Assembly (NCBI GenBank): GCA_963707025.1
Contig: CAVPOM010000006.1
Coordinates: 576,001-640,000, forward strand
Reading direction: 5' to 3'
Length of the DNA stretch: 64,000 nt
Source: an uncultured Verrucomicrobiae bacterium
GTDB taxonomy: Bacteria > Verrucomicrobiota > Verrucomicrobiia > Limisphaerales > Palsa-1400
Shown here one piece after another: positions 1 through 7,389 of the stretch. A program made the translations under genes and the position numbers. The notes below the pieces were generated by a model that had not been told where the DNA came from, searched no databases, and was given only the letters and a program-made list of their open reading frames with translations. The first letter of the stretch is position 1. The number at the start of each line of letters is the position of its first letter.

Positions 1-607
1 GATTATCAAATTGGTTTTCTGGCCCTTGACCGCGGCCAGCACCCGCTCGCAAAAGCGGCAGCAGGCCATCGCGCCGCAACTCAAGGCCATCGCGGAAAAA
101 TACAAGGAGGATCCGCTCAAGAAGCACCAGAAGACGACCGAACTGCTCAAAGAGCACAAGATCAATCCGCTGGGCAGTTGCCTGCCGGTGCTCATTACCA
201 TCCCGGTGTTCTTCGGATTTTATTCCATGCTGCGCAACGCCATTGAACTGCGCGGCGTCCCCTTTCTCTGGGCGCCGGATCTGACCCGGCCCGACACGGT
301 TTTCATCATCCACGCCTTCCACAACTTTCCCATCAACCCGCTGCCGCTGCTGATGGGCGCCAGCCAGCTTTGGCAGTCGCATTTGACGCCGCCCTCGCCC
401 GGCATGGATCCGGGCCAGCAGAAAATCATGCGCTGGATGCCGTTGCTCTTCGTCGGCATTTTTTACAGCATGTCCTCCGGTTTGAACCTCTATTACACGG
501 TGTCAAACCTGTTGACCATTGCCCAAACCAAGATCACGAAAATGGGCCCCGATCCCGCCGCCAGCCCGGCCAAACTCCCGGCCCCGGCGCCCCAGAAAAA
601 GAAGTAG
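1..607 (+). CDS. yidC: Membrane protein insertase YidC, C-terminal part (5' truncated by window edge)
   Basis: Motifs INPLGSCLP, IELRG..FLW..DL..PD, NPLPLLMG, SGLNLYY.VSN; followed by jag as in the conserved yidC-jag order. Confidence 0.93.
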   Translation, partial: IIKLVFWPLTAASTRSQKRQQAIAPQLKAIAEKYKEDPLKKHQKTTELLKEHKINPLGSCLPVLITIPVFFGFYSMLRNAIELRGVPFLWAPDLTRPDTVFIIHAFHNFPINPLPLLMGASQLWQSHLTPPSPGMDPGQQKIMRWMPLLFVGIFYSMSSGLNLYYTVSNLLTIAQTKITKMGPDPAASPAKLPAPAPQKKK

Positions 608-679
608 CCAAACCGGGCGGCTCATTTATACTGTGCCCGGTGCCGACTTATTGAACGATCTGAACGCATTGCACGACCT

Positions 680-1129
680 ATGGCCGCCCAACCCAAAGAA
701 ACGCTCACCCAACTCCTCAAACTCCTCGGTTTCGAGGCCACGGTGGAGGAGCATCCTCTGGACGACGGCCTCTTTCTCGATGTCAAAACCGACGATTCCG
801 GCCGCTTGATTGGCCGGCAGGGCCAGACCCTTTCCGACCTGCAATACTTGACCAACCGCCTGCTCTTCCATCAGGACCAGACGGTGCCCAAGGTCATGCT
901 GGACGTGGGCGACTACCGGGCCAAAGCCCGCGACACGCTGGTGCAAAAGGCCCTGGCCGCCGCCGAGAAAGTCCGGCGCTGGGGCGACGTGGTGGAATTG
1001 GAGCCGATGAGCGCCTTTGACCGGCGCATTATTTACAGCGCGTTGAAGGAAAGCCCCGGCATCGAAGCCGCCAGCGTCGAGGTCGAAGGCACCAACAAAA
1101 AGGCCATCCTCCTCCGCCCCAAACATTAG
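680..1129 (+). CDS. jag: Jag/EloR-like RNA-binding protein (KH + R3H), lacking the N-terminal Jag domain
   Basis: KH motif LIGRQGQTL..LQYL; R3H-like LEPMSAFDRRII; position after yidC. Confidence 0.85.
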   Translation: MAAQPKETLTQLLKLLGFEATVEEHPLDDGLFLDVKTDDSGRLIGRQGQTLSDLQYLTNRLLFHQDQTVPKVMLDVGDYRAKARDTLVQKALAAAEKVRRWGDVVELEPMSAFDRRIIYSALKESPGIEAASVEVEGTNKKAILLRPKH

Positions 1130-2082
1130 TCGGTCCTGCGATATTTGGGCAATTTGTCCGCGTCCGGCGCGACCTGTTTCAGGTTGGGCGTGATGTCGGC
1201 GTTGACCTTGTGGACCGTCCAGTTGATGCCGCCGAGGAGAATTTGCTGAAATACCGGGTTCTTCCAGATATCATCGCGATGCCCCATGCTGGTGTAAAAC
1301 ACGCGCCCCTTGCCGTAAAGATGCGCCCAAGTGGCCGGATAGTTCGGCCGGTCGTAGCAGTAGTCCCCGCCTGTCTTCTTGCTCATGGAGGCTGTGTCCT
1401 GCACCAGGAGCACATGCAAATCCGGCGCAAAATTCTTCAACGTGTACCATTCCTCGTTCGGGCCAAAATCGGCCGGGACGGCCTGCATTCCCGGAAACTT
1501 GGGGTCCTCGGCAATCATGCGGGCTTTTTGCTGGCTGGCGTGGATGATGAACTCCCCGCCGATCATCGCGATGTACGGATCCACGTTGGTGCCGTCGTTC
1601 TGAAAGCGCGCCGCGCCGCCATCCCGGTTGCCCGGCGAGTGGAACGTGTCCGTGGCGCTATGGATGCCGACAAATCCCTTGCCCTGGCGGATGGCCGCCA
1701 GGAAGGCCTCTTTGCCCTCGCGCGTCATCGGCGGTTGGTGATCGGTGCCGCTGGTGGTCAAATCGCCCGTCGTATAAAAGACGAACCCATCATATTGGGC
1801 GATGTTCTCCGCCGTCATCAGCCGCCCGTCCTTGGTGAAGTCGAAATCCAGGTTGTTGGTCTCGCCCATCTTTTTGAGCGTCTCTTCCCCCAGACTCAAG
1901 TTGGTCCCCGTCCGCTTTATGGCGTCGTGCTCATAGTTGGACGACTTTGTGAAAACCAGAATCTTCTTGGGGCGCTTCGGCTGCGCCGAGGCGCAACCTG
2001 TCCAAGTCAGCGCGGCGGCCAGGCCGGCCAGCGCCAGGGTGAAAATGCTCATAATGGGAAGGCTGCTTTGGCGTAGATTCAT
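1126..2082 (-). CDS. ThuA-like domain protein, probable lipoprotein
   Basis: KKILVFTKS..YEH, GKGFVGIHSATD, EEWY, YGKGRVFYTSMGH motifs; lipobox-like LTWTGC; start uncertain. Confidence 0.8.
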   Translation of the reverse strand: MNLRQSSLPIMSIFTLALAGLAAALTWTGCASAQPKRPKKILVFTKSSNYEHDAIKRTGTNLSLGEETLKKMGETNNLDFDFTKDGRLMTAENIAQYDGFVFYTTGDLTTSGTDHQPPMTREGKEAFLAAIRQGKGFVGIHSATDTFHSPGNRDGGAARFQNDGTNVDPYIAMIGGEFIIHASQQKARMIAEDPKFPGMQAVPADFGPNEEWYTLKNFAPDLHVLLVQDTASMSKKTGGDYCYDRPNYPATWAHLYGKGRVFYTSMGHRDDIWKNPVFQQILLGGINWTVHKVNADITPNLKQVAPDADKLPKYRRTD

Positions 2083-2338
2083 GCGGCCATTCTCTACCAA
2101 AGATTCCCGCCGTCAATCTCCTTCTGGCCAGCGCCCCAGGGCGGGGGCATTTGGGTTTCTGGGTGCGAGACAAACTCCATCCTTGAAAGCCGTCGTGCAG
2201 GGAGAATCAGGGCATTTAGTACATAGGCTTCGCCTACACAGCCGCGTCGTGCGGCTTTCTCCTGAAGGCACGAACAAGCACGGGAGGAAAACGTTAGGAT
2301 GTGGCGAACCCAAAACCCAGGTTACTGGAAAAGTCCGA

Positions 2339-2489
2339 CCTCACCCCGGCCCTCTCTCCTCCCGGAGAGGGTGAAACATCGGCCGTCCTGGCCAAAGGCC
2401 AGCGCCGGGAATTGCCGGACTCGCCTGTGCGCAAGCCGAGCCGGGCGATGTCGGTTCCTTCTCCCAGGGGGAGAAGGTCAGGATGAGGG
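2339..2489. repeat. Inverted pair of REP-like palindromes (CCTCACCCCGGCCCTCTC...GAGAGGG type)
   Basis: 2339-2371 and 2457-2489 are related hairpin units in opposite orientation. Confidence 0.65.
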
Positions 2490-2580
2490 CGAGCCACCAA
2501 GAATTTTGTCTCACACCTCGGTTTCTCTCTCCGGCAGCTTGGGGCTGGACGCCGGGGGAATTATCCCCTAGGCTGGGAGC

Positions 2581-2856
2581 ATGGCGAAAGTCAAAGGCGC
2601 GGAGAGCGCCGGTGAGGACATGCAGAAACTGCCGTTTGAAGAGGCGCTGAAAAGGCTCGAAGTGATTGTCGAGGCGATGGAGGCGCAGGATCTGCCCTTG
2701 GAATCGCTCCTGGCGCGCTATCAGGAAGGCACGGCGCTGGCCCAGCTCTGCCAGGCCAGATTGAACGAGGCAGAGTTGAAAATTCAGCAGTTGGAAAAAA
2801 GCGGCAAGGGGGAATTGACCCTCAAACCAGCCGCCAACCCGGAGGTGCAATCATGA
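2581..2856 (+). CDS. xseB: Exodeoxyribonuclease VII small subunit
   Basis: FEEALKRLE.IV..ME...LPLE..L..YQEG..L...C...L..AE pattern. Confidence 0.93.
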   Translation: MAKVKGAESAGEDMQKLPFEEALKRLEVIVEAMEAQDLPLESLLARYQEGTALAQLCQARLNEAELKIQQLEKSGKGELTLKPAANPEVQS

Positions 2857-4838
2857 GCCGTTATCTGGATATGGTGGATGACCCTTCCCATGTGAAGAAA
2901 CTCACCTTCGATCAGTTGCAGCAGTTGGCCGAGGAAATCCGCCACGAGTTGATCACCAAACTGGCCGTCCACGGCGGGCATGTCGGGCCGAACCTGGGGG
3001 TGGTGGAGTTGACCCTCGCCCTGCACACCGTCTTCTCCACCCCGCAAGACAAATTGGTCTGGGATGTGAGCCACCAAAGTTATGTCCACAAGTTGCTGAC
3101 CGGGCGGAAGAACCGCTTTCATACCATCCGCACGACCAACGGCCTGAACGGCTTTGCCCTGCGCACGGAAAGCCCCCACGATTGTTACGGGGCGGGCCAC
3201 GCCGGCACGGCCTTGTCCGCCGCCCTGGGCATGTGCGCGGCGCGCGATCAACGCGGCACGGATGAAAACGTGGTCTGCATTTTTGGGGACGCGGCCCTGA
3301 CCAACGGCATCTCCTATGAAGCGCTCAATAACATCGCCCACACCACCAAACGCTTCATCGGCATCCTCAACGACAACGAATGGAGCATCGCCAAAAACGT
3401 GGGCGCCATTTCCACCTATCTCAACAAGCTCATCACCAATCCGCGTTACAACCAGTTGCAAAAGGACCTGGAGCGGTTGATGAAACGCATGCCCAAAGGG
3501 GAGCTGGCCATCAAGCTCGGCCACAAAGCGGAGGAAATGATCAAAGGCGCCGTGGCCGAGGCCGCTTTGCGCCAGAATACACCGAACCCGGGCAGCGACG
3601 GGCGCGGCGGACACGGCAGCAGCTTGATTTTCGAGGAACTGGGCCTGCGCTACCTGGGACCCATTGACGGGCACAACCTGCCCATGCTCTTAAGCTCGCT
3701 GGAGTTCGCCAAACATTGCAGCGTGCCGGTGGTGCTCCACGTCCTGACCACCAAGGGCAAAGGTTACGAGGCGGCGCTGAAGTTTCCGGAGAAATTTCAC
3801 GGCCTGGGCCCGTATGACCCGCTGACAGGCGCAACCCCCTCTTCCCAACCGGGTGCGCCTCCCGCCTATCAGGAGATTTTCGGCCAAACCATGATCAAGC
3901 TTTGCCAGAAGGACAACTCGGTCGTGGGCATCACAGCGGCCATGCCCACCGGCACCGGTCTGAAGGCGCTGGAAAGAGCCATGCCGGAACGCTATTATGA
4001 CGTCGGCATCGCCGAGGAACATGCGGTGCTGTTCGCGGCCGGCATGGCCACGATGGGCTTTCACCCCGTCTGCGCCATTTACTCCACCTTTCTCCAGCGC
4101 GCCTACGACTGCATCATCCACGACGTGGCCTTGCAGGATTTGCCCGTGATCTTCTGCATGGACCGGGCGGGCCTCTCCGCCAACGACGGGCCTACCCACC
4201 ACGGGTTGTTCGACATCGCCTATTTGCGCTGCGTGCCCAACCTCATCGCCATGGCCCCCAAGGATGAAGACGAACTGGCCGACATGATGTTCACCGCCAC
4301 CCACCAGAAACATCCCGCCTTCATCCGCTATCCGCGCGGCCCCGGCGAAGGGGTCGTGGTCAAGGAGCAGCCCAAAATCCTGGAAATCGGCAAGGCGGAA
4401 GTCACCCGGAACTTTTCGGGCAAGCCCGGGCCAAAAGCGGCCTTGTTCGGGCTGGGCAACCTCCATTCCCTGGCCTTGCAGACGGCGGACCAACTCTCGG
4501 CGGAAGGCTGGGACTGCGCCGTGATCAACCCGCGCTTCACCAAGCCGCTGGATGCCGGCGTGACGGAGTTTTTCGGGCGGGCGGCGGAAGTGGTGCTGAC
4601 CTTTGAAGACCATGTTTTGTCGGGCGGCTACGGCTCCAGCGTGATGGAATTGTTCAACGAAAAACGGATCACCACCCCCTTGGTTTGCATCGGCTGGCCG
4701 GACCAGTTCATCGAGCACGCCAGTTCGGTGGATTACCTCCGCGAAAAACACGGCCTGACCGCGGCCAGCGCCGTGGCCCAGGTCAGGGAGCTGTTCGCCA
4801 AACCCGGGCAAGCCATCCCGCGCGCCGTGCAAATCTGA
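2853..4838 (+). CDS. dxs: 1-deoxy-D-xylulose-5-phosphate synthase
   Basis: GGH..PNLGVVELT, WDVSHQ.Y.HK, IAEEHAV, DRAG..DGPTHHG, IRYPRG motifs; ATGA overlap with xseB. Confidence 0.97.
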   Translation: MSRYLDMVDDPSHVKKLTFDQLQQLAEEIRHELITKLAVHGGHVGPNLGVVELTLALHTVFSTPQDKLVWDVSHQSYVHKLLTGRKNRFHTIRTTNGLNGFALRTESPHDCYGAGHAGTALSAALGMCAARDQRGTDENVVCIFGDAALTNGISYEALNNIAHTTKRFIGILNDNEWSIAKNVGAISTYLNKLITNPRYNQLQKDLERLMKRMPKGELAIKLGHKAEEMIKGAVAEAALRQNTPNPGSDGRGGHGSSLIFEELGLRYLGPIDGHNLPMLLSSLEFAKHCSVPVVLHVLTTKGKGYEAALKFPEKFHGLGPYDPLTGATPSSQPGAPPAYQEIFGQTMIKLCQKDNSVVGITAAMPTGTGLKALERAMPERYYDVGIAEEHAVLFAAGMATMGFHPVCAIYSTFLQRAYDCIIHDVALQDLPVIFCMDRAGLSANDGPTHHGLFDIAYLRCVPNLIAMAPKDEDELADMMFTATHQKHPAFIRYPRGPGEGVVVKEQPKILEIGKAEVTRNFSGKPGPKAALFGLGNLHSLALQTADQLSAEGWDCAVINPRFTKPLDAGVTEFFGRAAEVVLTFEDHVLSGGYGSSVMELFNEKRITTPLVCIGWPDQFIEHASSVDYLREKHGLTAASAVAQVRELFAKPGQAIPRAVQI

Positions 4839-4932
4839 TGGCCCGCAGCGGCGGACAATGACCGCCGCAAAGCAAAAAGCGGTTCCTCTGAACAGGAGGG
4901 CGCAGAGCAAACGGAGCACAAGGGCCAATTAC

Positions 4933-5064
4933 TTACGGCTCTACGACTTCCAAGCGGCGAATATGCCGGAATTCCGTGGCGTTTAATGTAGCCAAGGCCC
5001 AGCGCCGATTGAAACGATTCCGTTCGTCAGCGATCAGCAGCGAACTGTCGAGAATCAGCCCCAC
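4933..5064 (-). pseudogene. Internally deleted VapC/PIN toxin remnant (43 aa)
   Basis: Hand translation MGLILDSSLLIADERNRFNRRWALATLNATEFRHIRRLEVVEP: PIN N-terminus joined directly to PIN C-terminus; too short for the ORF track. Confidence 0.7.
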
Positions 5065-5180
5065 GGATTCTTGAGGGGTTTGAGAGCTTTGCGGCCTTTG
5101 CGGACGGCGGCGGCGAGATCACGCCTGTCCTGCATGCTGAGTCCGGCGTCGGCCAGGTCAGCGGCAAATTCATGACTGTT
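5055..5180 (-). pseudogene. 3' remnant of a putative antitoxin gene
   Basis: ...EFAADLADAGLSMQDRRDLAAAVRKGRKALKPLKNPWG*; its stop overlaps the start of the PIN remnant; no convincing 5' end. Confidence 0.45.
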
Positions 5181-5184
5181 GCAC

Positions 5185-5361
5185 TTAGTCGCCGAGACGA
5201 ATTCGATAAGCGTGTTGCGACCCGCTCAATTTTTCCACGCCATGAGGAAAAGGGTTTTCCGCCAGATTTTCAACGGTCTGGACAATCCGCTCCTCGGCGC
5301 TTGCGGGCAATTTGCGGAGGTCCTTGCGCGTGGATTTCTTCCACTCAATGCGAAAGGGCAT
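5185..5361 (-). pseudogene. Truncated RelE/ParE-family toxin (58 aa)
   Basis: MPFRIEWKKSTRKDLRKL...NPFPHGVEKLSGSQHAYRIRLGD*; stops where RelE continues YR(V/I)IY. Confidence 0.8.
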
Positions 5362-5536
5362 GGCGTTTCAGCCCTTTCTTGAACTCGGCGTGAGGAATGG
5401 TTTCTTCCCCACGCCGTTCCGCAATGACGGCCAGGTCGTCCAAGTCTTCCAACAGCTTTTCGTAATCGTCAATGTCCAGAACAACGGCGGTTTTCCGCCC
5501 CTTTTCATTGGTCAGAAATTGAACTGTTGCGCTCAT
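5345..5536 (-). CDS. Antitoxin of RelE-type module
   Basis: 63 aa, G.KTAVVL...YE.LLEDL.DL...ER..E.TIP; overlaps the relE start. Confidence 0.75.
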   Translation of the reverse strand: MSATVQFLTNEKGRKTAVVLDIDDYEKLLEDLDDLAVIAERRGEETIPHAEFKKGLKRHALSH

Positions 5537-5602
5537 GTTGGTACATTAGCTTCCGGGCGTGTTAAATTCAAATGCAATCGGTCAAAGGGAGCGAGAGGGA
5601 AT

Positions 5603-6016
5603 TCAATACTCCTCGCTCATCTGCTGGCCGCCGTGCTCGGGGTTGGGGATGAGCTTGCGGTGCTTGGAGTCCACCACAAAATCCAGATATTCCAGGGGAA
5701 TCTGTCCGAGCAGGTTGGGCACATTCTCACCGACGCCCACCACGTCGAAGTTCCCGTAACGACCCTGCACCTCCAGCCGAACCGGTTCATAAACCGCGCG
5801 CTTCGCCGGCCCATTGCTGGTTTGGAAAATCATGGTGTCCAACTTTTCCAAACCGAGAGCACGGATGACGCTGGGTTTGAGATAGAGGCGGGTGGCGCCG
5901 GTGTCCACCAACGCTTCGACTTCCACCTCGCGGGGTTTCGCCGTGGAAAGCTTGCGATGCCGCGCACCCAAGTCGAACAGGTTGGTCAGCTTGATCTTGA
6001 TGGTGACTTTTCCCAT
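5603..6016 (-). CDS. Clan AA (retropepsin-like) aspartic protease
   Basis: ALVDTGAT catalytic motif and LLG..LE..D..VD motif. Confidence 0.85.
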   Translation of the reverse strand: MGKVTIKIKLTNLFDLGARHRKLSTAKPREVEVEALVDTGATRLYLKPSVIRALGLEKLDTMIFQTSNGPAKRAVYEPVRLEVQGRYGNFDVVGVGENVPNLLGQIPLEYLDFVVDSKHRKLIPNPEHGGQQMSEEY

Positions 6017-6104
6017 GAGCCCATGGTACCCGATCTCCGCAGGCGGCGCAAGCTCACAAGGGAGGCTCGGACACATTGAAATGACCCATTCCAGGCTTTT
6101 TTGA

Positions 6105-7382
6105 TTGTTTCCCCGGCGTGCCCGCGTACGATTGCAAAAACGGGTTGCTCCAGCTTGTTTTCACAGCGGCCCAATACCAGATTTACAATTGTCGCCCGGC
6201 GCCACACTCAGATTGACGATTGTCAACATCGCCTTTGGCGGCGAAGGGGTGGGAAGGGTGGATGATTTTGTGGTGTTCGTGCCCTTTGTCGCCCAGGGGG
6301 AAGTGGTGGAGGTGGAGTTGACGGAGGTGAAGAAACGGTTTGCCCGCGCCCGCCTGCTCCAGGTGCTCCAACCCTCCCCGGAGCGGGTCGCGCCCGCCTG
6401 CCGCTACTTCGGCCAATGCGGCGGCTGCCAGTACCAGCATCTGGCTTATCCGGCCCAATTGCGGATCAAGCACAAGCAGATTTCCGATTTGTTCCAGCGC
6501 CTCGGCGGCTTTGCCGGCGCCCTGATTGATCCGGTGACGCCCTGCCCGCAACCCTACGGCTACCGCAACCGCCTCATGATCCGCAGCCAATGGGACAAAT
6601 TCAAACAGGGGCTGAATCTCGGCTTCATCCGGGCGCAAAACCGGCTGGTGGTGGACATCGAGGAATGCAAAATTGCCGAGCCGGTCCTCAACGCGCAAAT
6701 CCAGGAGGTCCGCCGCCATCCTCCGCCCAAAGGCGGCCTGAAGGTGGTGCTGCGCGTGGCGCCGGAAGGCTGGGCCGTGCCGCGCGACTCCTTTTTTCAA
6801 ACCAATTTCCATCTCCTGCCCCGGTTGGTGGCCACGGTGCGGGAGAGATTGCGCGCCGCCGGCACGCGGTTTCTAATTGACGCCTATTGCGGGGTCGGTT
6901 TTTTCAGCGTGGAACTTTCCGCTCTGGTCGAGCGCTTTGCCGGGGTGGAAGTGGACACGGCCGCGATCAAGGCGGCCCGGCAAAATGCGCTGGCCCGCGG
7001 CGCAGCCAATGGCGAGTTCCTCGCTGGCCGGGCGGAGAAGCTGTTGGCGCGGATGCTGGCGCGATTTGCCCCCGCGGCCACCACCCTGCTGCTGGATCCG
7101 CCGCGCACCGGCTGTCCGCCGGAGATGCTGCCCTTGCTGGCCCAGGCGCCCCCCGCCCAGATCCTTTATGTTTCCTGCCATCCCGCCACTCTGGCGCGGG
7201 ACTTGAACGTTTTGTGCGCCCGCGGTGTCTTTGAATTATCGAAAATCATCCCGTTGGATATGTTTCCACAGACCCAACATGTGGAATGCGTGGCGGACGT
7301 GCGGAGAAAAGCCGTTCCGCCCGGCCCCCCTATAACCCAGAAAGTATCCTTGCCAACAGACGGTCGGTCGCCCCAAACTTGA
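6105..7382 (+). CDS. 23S rRNA m5U methyltransferase, RlmD/TrmA family with TRAM domain (start uncertain)
   Basis: TRAM N-terminus, C..FGQCGGC Fe-S motif, DAYCGVG, DPPR.G, YVSC.P.TLARD, DMFPQT.HVE. Confidence 0.9.
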   Translation: MFPRRARVRLQKRVAPACFHSGPIPDLQLSPGATLRLTIVNIAFGGEGVGRVDDFVVFVPFVAQGEVVEVELTEVKKRFARARLLQVLQPSPERVAPACRYFGQCGGCQYQHLAYPAQLRIKHKQISDLFQRLGGFAGALIDPVTPCPQPYGYRNRLMIRSQWDKFKQGLNLGFIRAQNRLVVDIEECKIAEPVLNAQIQEVRRHPPPKGGLKVVLRVAPEGWAVPRDSFFQTNFHLLPRLVATVRERLRAAGTRFLIDAYCGVGFFSVELSALVERFAGVEVDTAAIKAARQNALARGAANGEFLAGRAEKLLARMLARFAPAATTLLLDPPRTGCPPEMLPLLAQAPPAQILYVSCHPATLARDLNVLCARGVFELSKIIPLDMFPQTQHVECVADVRRKAVPPGPPITQKVSLPTDGRSPQT

Positions 7383-7389
7383 GCCATCC

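Noticed and set aside
2581..4838. ispA missing between xseB and dxs
   Set aside because: A simple gene-order variant; nothing in the sequence suggests a lesion.
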